Origin: Octopus vulgaris
Lineage: Eukaryota
Reading direction: 5' to 3'
Length of the DNA: 64,000 nt
Assembly: GCA_951406725.2 (NCBI GenBank)
Contig: OX597824.1
Span: 21,576,001-21,640,000, forward strand
Shown here piece by piece: positions 12,177 to 24,112 of the stretch; positions within the stretch are counted from its first letter, which is position 1; every line of letters starts with the position of its first letter. Made by a program: the position numbers and the translations under genes. The notes beneath the pieces are model-generated. The model saw only the letters and a program-made list of their open reading frames with translations. It was not told the DNA's origin and made no database searches.

Positions 12177-12915
12177 GTAACTGCCTTAACCTCAACAGCA
12201 ACAATAACCATAATAATTAACAACAACACTAATTTCTTTATTGGCCACAAGGGCCTTAACATGCAATACAAACATCATACAAAGGGAGTTACAAAATTTG
12301 TATAGAATGTACAGCATCATCATCTTCATCATCATCATCATTGTCATCATTATCATCATCATCATCATCATTTTCATTTTCACATATATGATAAGCAGTG
12401 GCAGGTTGCAAGAACTGAGTATAGAATATTTAAAACAGGTTAAAAGAGATGTTAGAATCTGTCACCTTGACAGGATTAGAACACCTTACAGCCTGATCAC
12501 CTTCAGTTATAGATAGTTTCTGCCCATTCCCACCCAAAACTTGGTTATCCAAATTCAGACATGTGCATCTCTGCTTTAGGAATGCTGAGGAAAGCGTTCC
12601 TTTAGCTCTACATAGACTGTTGGTGCAGTTTTCCTCAGTAACCTGTCACTTTAGGGTACTTGGTATTTGTCCAAGAACTGTGAATTTCATGAACTTCAAG
12701 GGAAATGGGACTCTTTTGTCATGAGGGGCTCTCAGCATCATCTTGCCTTCTGTCTTAGCTCATTCTGCCACTTCTCTCCCTTTTTATTCTTTCCAATGTC
12801 TTCTCATTTTTCTCATGGAAACCATCTCTTCATCATCCTTTTGAGGCAGTGATGACAGAGATTATGACATATGTGGGAATGTACACACATAGTTATATAA
12901 AAAAAGTTATATTAA

Positions 12916-13136
12916 CCCTTTAGCATTTAAACCGGCCATATCCGGCCAAAAGTATTCTGCCTGTTCTATGGTCAAACTGGCCAGATCTGGTCTCTCACAC
13001 CAACCCTACAATATCGTTTTAAAAATGAACAGCTACCTCATCAAAATCTCATAGCTACAAGATAATGCACGATTAGTTCAAAACAATGTGGATAAAAAAG
13101 AATTAGTTTTGGCAGAATAATGTGAACACTAAAGGG
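12916..13136. mobile_element. piggyBac-type MITE
   Basis: TTAA|CCCTTTAG ... CTAAAGGG|TTAA. Confidence 0.85.
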
Positions 13137-13150
13137 TTAAGTATATAAGT

Positions 13151-13534
13151 CGTGGCACTCTATCGGTTACGATGACGAGGGTTCCAGTTGATCCAATCAA
13201 CAGAACAGCCTGCTTGTGAAATCAAGGTGTAAGTGGCTGAGCACTTCCACAGACACGTGTACCCTTAATGTAATTCTCGGGGAGATTCAGCATGATACAG
13301 TGTGTAACAAGGCTGGCCCTTTGAAATACATGTACTACAGAAACAGGAAGAAAGGCTGAGAGAAAGTTGTGATGAAAGAATACAGTAGGGTTCGCCACCA
13401 CGCCCTGCTGGAGTTTCATGGAGCTTTGGGTGTTTTCGTTCAATAAACACTCACAACACTCGGTCTGGGGATCGAAACTGCAATCCCACGACTGTGAGTC
13501 CACTGCCCTAACCACTGGGCCATTGTGCCTCCAC
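13151..13534 (-). mobile_element. tRNA-derived SINE (family B2) with TSD
   Basis: Reverse complement of 13758-14144; TSD AGTATATAAGT at 13140-13150 and 13535-13545. Confidence 0.9.
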
Positions 13535-13757
13535 AGTATATAAGTATATAAAAGTATATGAAGTATATTAAGATGCTAAGAATTGACAGTCAAGTATTTT
13601 AAAGTTAACAAGGCTGACTTCTTCAGGACATGTGTAGAGAGCATTCTTCTCTATAAGAGATGAAACCTGGACTATAAAGGAAGTACTTTACGATTGCCTT
13701 GATGGCATCAAAGAAGAAATTTATGGACACATTCTATCCTATCTTTACTATTGTTGT

Positions 13758-14144
13758 GTGGAGGCGCAATGGCCCAGTGGTTAGGGCAGCGGACTCGCAG
13801 TCGTAGGATCGCGGTTTCGATTCCCAGACCGGGCGTTGTGAGTGTTTATTGAGTGAAAACACCTAAAGCTCCATGAGGCTCCTGGCAGGGATTGGTGGTG
13901 ATCCCTGCTGTACTCTTTCACCACAACTTTCTCTCACTCTTACTTCCTGTTTCTGTTGTACCTGTATTTCAAAGGGCCGGCCTTGTCACTCTCTGTGTCA
14001 CGCTGAATATCCCCAAGAACTACGTTAAGGGTACACGTGTCTGTGGAGTGGTCAGTCACTTACACGTTAATTTCACGAGCAGGCTGTTCCGTTGATTCGG
14101 ATCAACCGGAACCCTCGTCGTCGTAACCGACGGAGTGCTTCCAA
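13758..14144 (+). mobile_element. tRNA-derived SINE (family B2) with TSD
   Basis: A box TGGCCCAGTGG, B box GGTTTCGATTCC; TSD ACTATTGTTGT at 13747-13757 and 14145-14155. Confidence 0.92.
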
Positions 14145-14423
14145 ACTATTGTTGTACAATGCAAGGTAAGCTTTGCTGACCTCATACTGGACACCTGGTC
14201 CTTTCAAATGTTATATTTCGGAAGCTTCTGCATTGTAACAGAAGATGAAGAATACTCGATTTCATTGGTCGTATTAGGAGAAACATGCAACATGAAATTG
14301 AGAATTTACAAATGCTAATGGAGGCAGAGGTTCCCAATGCAGTTTGAAATGCATTCCAGTTGTGGCTGCCCTTGAAGAAGAAGAAACAGTGGTAAATAAA
14401 CACAAATGAATACATTATATGAA

Positions 14424-14771
14424 TGGCCGTTGCCAGCGCCGCCCCGACTGGCCTCCGTGCCGATGGCACATAAAAGCACCATCCGTTCGTGGCCGTTGCC
14501 AGCCTCGCCTGGCCCCCATGCTGGTGGCACGTAAAAGCACCATCCGTTCGTGGCCGTTTGCCAGCACCGTCTGGCGCCTGTGCGGGTGGCACGTAAAAAG
14601 CACCCACTACACTTGCAGAGTGGTTGGCATTAGGAAGGGCATCCAGCCGTAGAAACACTGCCAGATCAGACTGGGCCTGATGCAGCCTTCTGGCTTTAGA
14701 GACCCCAGTTGAACCGTCCAACCCATGCTAGCATGGAAAACGGACGCTAAATGATGATGATGATGATGATG
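14424..14771 (+). mobile_element. SINE family D 3' part with (ATG)n tail and internal ~65-nt repeats
   Basis: GGAAGGGCATCCAGC..CCATGCTAGCATGGAAAA..(ATG)n. Reverse-strand copies at 43106-43531, 44131-44267, 44318-44496 and 48252-48500. Confidence 0.8.
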
Positions 14772-14843
14772 AATATAAATAAAAATGAGTAAGAAACCAC
14801 CACTTTAGGTTACCTAGGTTACCTCTTGATCCTGGTATTGGAA

Positions 14844-15148
14844 ATTGTTTTGTTGTTTGTTCCTTCTCGAGCCACGCCTGGCTCATAAGGGCTGGTTTCC
14901 TTGGAGTATAGGTTCTCCACCTGGATGGGACGCCGGTCCATCACAGGTGAGCTGTAAGATGTAGGAGGAAAGAGTGAGAGAAAGTTGTGGCGAAAGAGTC
15001 AACAGAAGTTCGGCATTAATTTCTGCCGGAACCGCATAGGGCTTAGATGTTTCACTCATAAACACACACATCACTCGGTCTGAGATTCGAACCCACGAGC
15101 CCTCGACTGCGAGTCTGCTGCTCTAACCACTAGGCCACGTGCCTCCAC
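14844..15148 (-). mobile_element. tRNA-derived SINE related to family B2
   Basis: Minus-strand head GGAGGCACGTGGCCTAGTGGTTAGAGC..GGTTCGAATC; TSD (C)TGGTATTGGAA on both sides. Confidence 0.88.
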
Positions 15149-16218
15149 TGGTATTGGAACTTAGGACTCTTGAAAGTGACTGTTAGTATTACATTCTCCG
15201 TACTAGGCTAGCTTTGAGTCCTAATGAAGACTCTGGGAAGCTCTCATTTGGTTCTTCTTCCTCCAGCCATTTGCTGTCAACTCTAAGGTCTGTGAATTAC
15301 ATGCCAGAAGAAGATGGAATTTTCTGATGTTTGTCTTTGATCTGGATCCACTCTTCTGCTTCTGGATGTCTTGTTTTGGGTTTTTGGCTGTCTCTGGTGG
15401 CTTTTTCAGTCCTTTACAGCCTCCATATCCTCTTCATTTTTGCAAGGTGACAGCTGGAGTGCACCCTGCAAACAATACTTTCTGGGGCCTTCAGATTTGT
15501 CTACTACATTCTTCCTCTGCTTTTCCAGCCCCTGTTTTTGTTGAAAGCCTTCATCTGGCTTTTACTGCCACTTATATGGCAACTAGGATTTTTGCTCTTC
15601 ATTGCTTTACTTTTTGCCTCCACAATGGACAGCTCCAGAATAGTCTTGTTGTCTTCAGGGGTCATGCAAGTCTCTATAGTCCCCTCCTGATGCCATGTTA
15701 TCTTGCATCACCTCTGCACTTGCTACTTACACAAAAGATATCAATAATCTTTCTAGTTCATTGCTTCATATATTTTGATACCAGCCTGTAGGCATTTGTG
15801 TGGGGCACCACTTTACCTGTCACTATCCTTGCCTTCAGTTCATCTTTGGTATTACAGCGAGTTCTGTTGGTGTAACTGATATTCTGGTGATTTAATGAGT
15901 TAGCTTTCTCATTAAATCATATTCACAAATTATTTGCATTAATTTGTGAATATATAAGTTTAAAATACTAATTTTTGCATACTGAAATTAATACTACATG
16001 AAGAAGTTTTCAAATCAGTTGTAATCATATGAAAGCCATTTGGAAAAAATAAATTATCACCTCTCCCACTTCCTGCCAGAAAAACATACAGATATAGAAA
16101 ATGTGCACCTCCAGGGTCTTTTTACTGCATCTAGCACTAAAGTACTTTGTGTCTTTAACATAACATGTCTATAAAGGAGTCTTTTCCTGGATGAACACTG
16201 GAGTTAGTGGGCGTTCTA

Positions 16219-16252
<34 letters not shown>

Positions 16253-16255
<3 letters not shown>

Positions 16256-16585
16256 GGCGCGTGGCTCAGTGGTTAGAGCGTCGAGCTTACGATCGTGAGG
16301 TTGTGAGCTCGAATCCCAGACCGGGCTGCGTGTTGTGTTCTTGAGCAAGACACTTTATTTCACGTTGCTCCAGTTCACTCAGCTGCAGAAATGAGTTGCG
16401 ACGTCACAGGTGCCAAGCTGTATCGGCCCTTGCCTTTCCCTTGAACAACATCGGTGACAGGGAGAGGGGAGGCCGGTATGCATGGGCGACTGCTGGTCTT
16501 CTATAAAACAACCTTGCCCAGACTTGTGCCTCAGATGGTAACTCTCTAGGTGCAAACCCATGGTCAGTGTCTGACTGAAGGGGGT

Positions 16586-16590
<5 letters not shown>
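16253..16590 (+). mobile_element. tRNA-derived SINE (family B) inside (TA)n
   Basis: GGCGCGTGGCTCAGTGGTTAGAGC head, CORE-like segment, flanked by (TA)n on both sides. Confidence 0.88.
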
Positions 16591-16620
<30 letters not shown>

Positions 16621-16621
<1 letters not shown>

Positions 16622-16783
16622 GCATAAGAATGGCTGTGTGGTAAGTAGCTTGCTTACGAACCATATAATTCTGGGTTCGGTCCCACTGCGTGGCACCTTG
16701 GGCAAGTGTCTTCTACTATAGCCTTGCACCGACCAAAGCCATGTGAGTGGATTTTGTAGACGGAAACTGAAAGAAGCCTGTCG

Positions 16784-16852
<69 letters not shown>

Positions 16853-17270
16853 GCGTAAGAATGGCTGTGTGGTAAGTAGCTTGCTTACGAACCAAAAAAT
16901 TCTGGGTTCAGTCCCACTGCGTGGCACCTTGGGCAAGTGTCTTCTAGTATAGCCTCAAGCCAACCAAAGCCATGTGAGTGGATTTGGTAGACAGAAACTG
17001 AAAGAAGCCCGTCGTATATATGTATATATATGTATGTATGTATGTGTGTGTGTATATGTTTGTGTGTCTGTGTTTGTCCCCACCCCCAACATCGCTTGAC
17101 AACCGATGCTGGTGTGTTTACGTCCCCGTAACTTAGCAGTTCGGTAAAAAAGAGACCGATAGAATAAGTACTAGGCTTCCAAAAAATAAGTCTTGGGGGT
17201 CGATTTGCTTGACTAAAGGCAATGCTGCAGCATGGCCACAGTCAAATGACTGAAACAAGTAAAAGAGTAA
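16621..17270 (+). mobile_element. SINE family A with tandemly duplicated 5' half
   Basis: Heads at 16621 and 16852 share private variants (AAGAATGG, TTACGAACC, AAAGCCATG). Confidence 0.85.
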
Positions 17271-17730
17271 ACAGTATAAGAACAGACATTAATATAAACA
17301 TTTTTATATATGTGTGGTGTGTGTGTATGTGTGTGAGTGCCTGTGCAAATGTGTACACCCCCACAACATACATACATACATACATATACATGTGCACCCG
17401 TATAAGCATACATGTCAGAGAACAACTCATACATACACAGCCAAAATGTTTCATATCAGTACTAATAGTATTTTAGTATTTGCTTCCAAATATGACTGAA
17501 GTGAAAGCACCTCCAAGCTGCAAGGTAATGTTACAAGCTACAAACATAATCACCAACCTATAGGAATGTTTTAATAAATTTCGTTTGATTTGTTTTTCTT
17601 TTCAAATATTTGTTACAATATTATGCGTGGAGATAATATGTCTGTTTACCTTTCAGCTTTGAAATGCAATCTTTTCTGTCTAATCAACACATTTTTCTTT
17701 CCTTATTTTTTTATACCTTTTATATTACAG

Positions 17731-17737
17731 CTTACAT
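17731..17737 (+). CDS. Candidate 7-nt frame-shifting microexon (CTTACAT)
   Basis: Branch-like CTAAT, long pyrimidine tract, tacag|CTTACAT|gtgagt. Confidence 0.55.
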
Positions 17738-17754
17738 GTGAGTGATCCAGTTAA

Positions 17755-17969
17755 CCCTTTCGTTACTGTATTTATTTTGAGATGCTCTGTGTTTCTTTCA
17801 ATTACTTTAAACATAACAAAGAATTTAGTAAAATAACTTAGCAATAATTAAGCTGGTGTTAGGAACATAAATTGTGACTAAGGTTTGGTGGAAGATTTTT
17901 ATTCAAAATTTATGAAAGCAAAACATTTGTACTACAGAGCCGGTTTCAGCCGGGTTGGTAACGAAAGGG
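17755..17969. mobile_element. piggyBac-type MITE
   Basis: TTAA|CCCTTTCGTTAC ... GTAACGAAAGGG|TTAA. Sister copy at 48966-49186; older relatives near 29870-30100, 30805-31020 and 32500-32712. Confidence 0.88.
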
Positions 17970-18084
17970 TTAATGTTTGGTTTCTTTGTGTTGCGACTTC
18001 TATTGCGTATTAGAGTCATCCATGCCTTTTATACTGTAGAATACTTGAATATCGTAATAGTATATTGTTTAGAAATAAACTGTA

Positions 18085-18447
18085 GGTGTAGGAGTGGCTG
18101 TGCGGTAAGTAGCTTGCTTACCAACCACCTGGTTCTGGGTTCAGTCCCACTGCGTGGCTTCTTGGGCAAGTGTCTTCTTCTATAGCCTCGGGCCAACCAA
18201 AGCCTTGTGAGTGGATTTGGTAAACGGAAACTGAAAGAAGCCTGTCATATATATGTATAGATATATATATTTGTGTGTGTATGTTTGTGCGTCTGTGTTT
18301 GTCTCCCCAACATCACTTGACAACCTTGATGCTGGTATAGAATAAGTAATGGGCTTACAAAGAATAAGTCCTGGAGACGATTTGCTTGACTAAAGGCGAT
18401 GCTCCAGCATGGCCGCAGTCAAATGACTGAAACAAGTAAAAGAGTAT
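18085..18447 (+). mobile_element. SINE family A with internal deletion
   Basis: Colinear with 19667-20066 but lacks about 45 nt. Confidence 0.88.
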
Positions 18448-18844
18448 AGAACAAGATAAGCTTTGGTTGCATGGTTAAGAAGTTGCTTTAAGGATCTCAT
18501 AGTTGGGACTTTGGTCCAGCTTAAGGATGCTGTCTGTTGATGTCCTCTGCTGTAGCTACAGCTTGACCAATACCATATCAGTGGAATATGGTTGATGGAA
18601 ACTAAAAGAAGCTTGTTGTACACATGCACAGATGGGTCTAGCTTCTTTTGAACTTGTCACTCCCTCGTGGCATACGCATGTGTAATTGTATATATATAAA
18701 CATACGTGTGTGTGTGTGTGTGTACTTGAGTGTCGTGTGTGTGTGTATAGTCACAATGAGGATATTTAAACCTCTTATTGGGATATTTTATCCTAGATAC
18801 ACTGGTTTAATATAATATCATATATATATATATATTTATATATA

Positions 18845-18880
<36 letters not shown>

Positions 18881-19278
18881 CGTAGGAGTGGCTGTGTGGG
18901 AAGTAGCTTGGTTACCAACCACATGATTCTGGGTTCAGTCCTACTGTGTGGCACCTTGGGCAAGTGTCTTCTACTATAGTCTCGGGCTGACCAAAGCCTT
19001 GTGAGTGGATTTGGTACATGGAAACTGAAAGAAGCCTGTCCTCTATATGTGTATATATATATATATATGTGTGTTTGTGTGTCTATGTTTATCCTCCCAA
19101 CATCGCTTGACAACTGATGCTGGTGTGTTTACGTCCCTGTAACTTAGCAGTTCGGCAAAAGAGACCAATAGAATAAGTACTAGGCTTACAAAGAATAAGT
19201 CCTGGGGGTCGATTTGCTCGACTAAAGGTGGTGCTCCAGCATGGCTACAGTCAAATAACTGAAACAAGTAAAAGAGTA
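18881..19278 (+). mobile_element. SINE family A
   Basis: Colinear with 19667-20066. Confidence 0.9.
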
Positions 19279-19280
19279 TG

Positions 19281-19314
<34 letters not shown>

Positions 19315-19666
19315 GTTAAAATATATACAAAAAAATACAGACAGGTAAAAGAACAACATAAAGGATGTATTAATTAGAGTGAAACACCTGCCTCAACAAA
19401 CCTTGTCCACCCCAGGTGAACATAGAAAAGTGGATGTTAAAATGAGGACAGTAACGATGTTACATTTAAGCCTGTCTCGAATTGTTTACAAAAAATTAAA
19501 AGTAACTAAAACTAAATATTAAAATTGTAATTCATTTGTTTCCTCTTCAGTTTTTCAGCCTCTGCCTCTTTGATGTATTCATGTATTTCTGTATATACTT
19601 GCATGTGCTGATGTGTGGCATATATGCAAATATGTGTGTTTGTATGAATTTCATATATATATAATA

Positions 19667-20066
19667 GGCGCAGGAGTGGCTGTGTGGTAAGTAGCTTGCT
19701 AACCAACCACATGGTTCCGGGTTCAGTCCCACTGCGTGGCATCTTGGGCAAGTGTCTTCTGCTATAGCCCCGGGCCGACCAATGCCTTGTGAGTGGATTT
19801 GGTAGACGGAAACTGAAAGAAGCCTGTCGTATATATGTATATATATATATATGTATGTGTGTTTGTGTGTCTGTGTTTGTCCCCCTAGCATTGCTTGACA
19901 ACCGATGCTGGTGTGTTTACGTCCCCGTCACTTAGCGGTTCGGCAAAAAGAGACCGATAGAATAAGTACTGGGCTTACAAAGAATAAGTCCCGGGGTCGA
20001 GTTGCTCGATTAAAGGCGGTGCTCCAGCATGGCCGCAGTCAAATGACTGAAACAAGTAAAAAGAGT
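19667..20066 (+). mobile_element. SINE family A, intact and CpG-rich (young)
   Basis: A-box-like TGGCTGTGTGG, B-box-like GGTTCAGTCC, CORE-like CTTGGGCAAGTGTCTT, internal (TA)/(GT) tract, 3' tail. Confidence 0.92.
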
Positions 20067-20087
20067 GAAAAAAAAAAGAGTATATAC

Positions 20088-20311
20088 ATAAATAAGATCG
20101 TTAATCTAAAAATAAAATAACGATTTTATCAAGTGGTCAGCATGGGAAAAAATAACCTTCAAAGGTAATAATTATTAAAATTATAAATTAGGGTATCTAC
20201 GAGATACCACCATGCTGAAAATAGCAGCCATGATCTGACAATTAAGGTGGTTTTAGAGTCAGATCATGGCTGCTATTTTCAGCATGGTGGTACCTCATAG
20301 ATACCCTAATT

Positions 20312-20320
<9 letters not shown>
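20088..20320. mobile_element. Asymmetric fold-back insert
   Basis: Arms 20177-20239 and 20258-20320 are near-perfect inverted repeats, with an unpaired extension on the left; abuts (TA)n. Confidence 0.65.
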
Positions 20321-20344
<24 letters not shown>

Positions 20345-20345
20345 G

Positions 20346-20607
20346 CTAGAGTGAGCACATGAATGTGAAACAAGGTGGAAAAAATAGTACTTGAATACCA
20401 GAGGTAGAGTAATATGCTTTATTCATAAAGCTGCAGAGACATCACAAAAGCTGTTACTCAGAGTTTCACATTCCCCTTCGTCAGACAGTTTTGGTTGAGA
20501 ATGGAACAAAAATAAGGTTCCCTTCTCAACCCAAACTGTCCGACAAACGGAAACTTAGAACTTTGATTAAGAGTTTTCGCGATGTCTTTGCAGCTTTATT
20601 AATAAAG
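20346..20607. mobile_element. Asymmetric fold-back insert with hammerhead core (Penelope-like terminal repeat)
   Basis: Diverged arms of about 85 nt; the left arm has an extra ~70 nt; flanked by (TA)n. Confidence 0.7.
20447..20492 (-). ncRNA. Type I hammerhead ribozyme motif (stem II damaged)
   Basis: Minus strand ctgt-CTGACGA-aggggaatgt-GAAAC-tctga-GTA-acag: stem I ctgt/acag, stem III ACTC/GAGT, GUA cleavage triplet. Confidence 0.6.
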
Positions 20608-20983
20608 TCCATACATATATATATGTGTGTGTGTGTGTTTTTATATATATATATATAAATACAAAATGGGACAAGAACGCAAAACATCCAGACAACTAGG
20701 TGATACAAAATGGGACAACAAAACATCCAGATAGACGATACAAGAATCACGGATGGGTCATTCGAAGCCTTTAATCTTCAGTCAAGAACCGGATCATCCT
20801 CATATATAAATATATATATATATCTGCATATATACATACATGTACAGTCATGCATTCAAAATTAATTGATCCACATATAAACATGCAAGTTATTTATTAT
20901 ACCGGATTTTTTTTTTTCTTTCTATAACTGAATTTTGATTTTGTGTTTTTTTTTTCTTTCTTTTTTTTTTTTTAAAAATACAG

Positions 20984-21085
20984 GCTTTTGACAAAGAAAG
21001 AAGAACTCCCAATCCACAAAGAAAGGACATGTTCCGAAAACGGTCTGTGACTACAGAACATACTGCCACCACAGAAAAGGTCTGA
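20984..21085 (+). CDS. Probable terminal coding exon AFDKERRTPNPQRKDMFRKRSVTTEHTATTEKV*
   Basis: Very long T tract then tacag|; in frame with exon 5143-5202; followed by UTR-like sequence and AATAAA at 21178. Confidence 0.7.
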   Translation, partial: AFDKERRTPNPQRKDMFRKRSVTTEHTATTEKV

Positions 21086-21477
21086 CTGAATGTACCAACC
21101 AAAATCCGCAACTACGAAAGGAAGAACCACACAGGGACAGTTGACTGACAAATGGTTGTGACAATTGCAACTGGTTTAATAAATCTATTGTGACTAAGAG
21201 ATGTCCAGACCTAATTGACCACCGCCACTATCTCCATCTTGTACTCCTACTCCTACTACTACTACTACTACTACTACTACAACTACTACTACAACTACTA
21301 CTACTACTATTGCTACACTGTTTCTATTACTAATAATATAATAATACTTTTGAAATAGCCAATCTGTCAAAAAATGAATTTTTTTGTCCTTATACTTGTG
21401 TGTTAAAAGAAGCCAAGAAAAATGTTTTATTATTTTATTGAGCGTTGACCAATTAGCATTTTATATATATGTATATA

Positions 21478-21536
<59 letters not shown>

Positions 21537-21781
21537 ATATATATACACACGCACATACATATATATGTATGTATATATATATGTAATATATATATATATA
21601 TATGATGCATGTATTTATGTACACATATATGTATATACACGTGTGTGTGTATATATATATATATGTATATATATGTAATATATATATGATGTGTGTATGT
21701 ATGTACATATATGTATATATATATATGTATGTCTATATGTATATGTTTGTGTACACACATACACACACACATATATATATG

Positions 21782-21826
<45 letters not shown>

Positions 21827-22800
21827 GTATATACACATATATATATGTATGTATATATATATGTAATACAAGTTAAATGTTTTCAGGGGCTGTGCCTTCA
21901 GTGATATTAACAATGGATAGATGCATGGAAGCAGCCTAATGGTATCTCATGTAGCACATATCTGTCAGTTGTTTTATTACATCTCATTTTTTTTTTGACT
22001 ATAATTCATTTCATTTCATTTTTTTAAATCACACTTGGCAAGTTTTTAATTTTTTTAAAATTTTATTAATTACATTTTAGTTTACTCGCAACCCTTCCTC
22101 TGGTTAGGAAATTAGTATCCTAGTTTTGCTAAAAAAAAAAAAGGCTCTTTCTTAGCTATCATCATTCCATTCTCACTAGAAAGATGTTAAGGCAAAAAAA
22201 AAAAAAAATCTGCTTTTCCTTTTTTTTTTTTTTCCTTCCAATAGTTAACCAGCCCATAAGTTGTCTCAAGAGTATTTTAATCAAAAAAGTCAAAAAATTC
22301 TGTACTCAGTCTGTCATGATAGTGAATCCATTTCTCTCATAATGTTGCTTTATGGTCAACTTAGTGAAAAATAACATGGCAGATGATTTCATTTTCGTTA
22401 TTTTCCACACGTTTAAGCTTTAATTTTCCCCCCTCCCCATTTAGTTTCATTTTTGAAGCTTTAGTTAAAAAAAAAAAAGAAAACTCCATTCACATTCTTT
22501 ATTTATCCTCATATATTCACCATTCAGAAAACTGTTTGAGAATATGATCTCAAATTTATATCTTAATTTTTAAGATTTTATTTAATTGATTAACTAATCA
22601 AAGATTTTTTTTGTTTTTTTGTCTTTGTTTTACTAGTTAGCTATAAGAGCACACGGTGCAGTCTTTGACAATTCTTTCTATCAGTTCCTCAGCTAGCTGC
22701 CATAAGAACATTTTTTATTATTTGTTAAGCACACTGTGAAAGTAAGAGAGCGAGAAAGATTCCTTGGAAGTATGTCTGCAACTAAAATTGTTTCTGTCAG

Positions 22801-22958
22801 CTACCCCGGGTGCTGCCAAATCAGACCACGATGTTCCCGTCCATACTGAAGTAGGCAGCCACAGCAGCAGCAGCAGTACCGATTCTTCTTCACATGCTCA
22901 CCATTATTACCTGATATTTTGTGGAGTTTTGTTATCCATATTGAATACAGGTATATGA
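22801..22958 (+). CDS. Candidate alternative exon with Ser-rich linker and hydrophobic tail
   Basis: actaa..tttctgtcag|; phase-1 frame is open (xTPGAAKSD...SSSHAHHYYLIFCGVLLSILNTGI*); possible donor CAG|gtatat at 22950. Confidence 0.3.
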
Positions 22959-23896
22959 TGGCTAACGTTTAACCGATTCTGTAAGATAAATATGTGAACA
23001 ACAGTGATACTTAAGAGAACAAACGATATGTCTGTACATAGTTCTCTCCCCCACCCCGCCTACACTTATGTGTGAAATGTTAGACAGCTTCACATTTTTT
23101 TTGACCAGAACGTTTTTTTTTCTTTTTTTGGTATTTTTAAACAGTTCACTGCTGGTCTTTTTTTTTTTTTTTTTTTCTTTAAAGGAATATAATATCTTGA
23201 TAAGTGGCACATAAAATTACTTACATCTCATATACAAAACTAAAAGCATGCAAAGAAATCTAAAATGTTCATCTTATCAAGTTAAAAAAAAAAAAAAATT
23301 TCACTGAAAGAAATCTTTTTCTTTCATTGAAGACAAATCTGCTAACACTCTTTTTATTTCATATATTTATTTTATTTATTTTCAATTTGTTTGCAACGTT
23401 CATTCGTGGAATTTTATTTTCCAATTTTTTTTCTTAAACTAATTAAAAATCACAGTTCTTCATTTATGGCTTTTTAAATTCTTTGACAGTGATCTCATTC
23501 CATTACAAAAACACAAAAAAAAAACCAACAAAAAAGCCTTTTACATATCATCTTTGATTTCTGTTGCCTAATTTATCCATTTAGCAGTGTCTCTTTTATA
23601 TGTTTTTTAAAAATTTTTTTTAATTGTAATTATTCGTTTCCTAGTTTTAATTATTTATTATTCATAAGCCATGGCTATCAAACTGATTAAATGTCTTGTA
23701 TGATGCCAAATACACGAACACACAAAAGCAAAAAATAAAAAAAATAAACAACAAATATTTATTATTTTATTTGTTTTTTTAAACCATTACAAACTATAGA
23801 AAACTAATTCCTAAGTATTTTGCTTAAATCCATTAATTTTCTTTTCTTCAGTTTTTTTCTGTTTTATTATTATTTTTATTATTATTATTAATGTTA

Positions 23897-24112
23897 AGGT
23901 AGTGAGTTGGCAGAAACGTTAGTGCACCAGATGAAATGCTTAGCGGTATTTCGCCTGTTGCTACGTTTCCAGTTCAAATTCCGCCGAGGTTGACTTTGCC
24001 TTTCTTCCTTTCGGGGTCGATAAATCAAGTACCAATTGCGTACTAAGGTCAATCAAATCAACTGGACCCCCTCTCCCAAAATTTCAGGTCTTGTACCTGT
24101 AGTAGAAAGGAT
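23897..24112 (+). mobile_element. SINE family C (Deu/Nin-type central domain)
   Basis: GTTCAAATTCCGCCGAGG..GCCTTT..CCTTTCGGGGTCGATAAA..AGTACC. Decayed copies near 25290, 28490, 36600, 39010, 39240 and 57035. Confidence 0.75.

Noticed and set aside
15327-15791. 154-aa ORF
   Set aside because: No recognisable domain or splice structure; probably decayed retroelement sequence.
3174-16330. tRNA genes at SINE heads
   Set aside because: There is no closing acceptor stem, and the sequences run on into SINE bodies with TSDs.
11608-20120. Recurrent ORFs with RRHLPKVP.SGTEP motifs
   Set aside because: Antisense translations of SINE family A.
5143-21085. Assigning the gene to harmonin (ELTFF-like end) or Yurt/EPB41L5 (TEL end)
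   Set aside because: Only the last few residues resemble these proteins and the preceding sequence does not match what I know of them, so no symbol is given.
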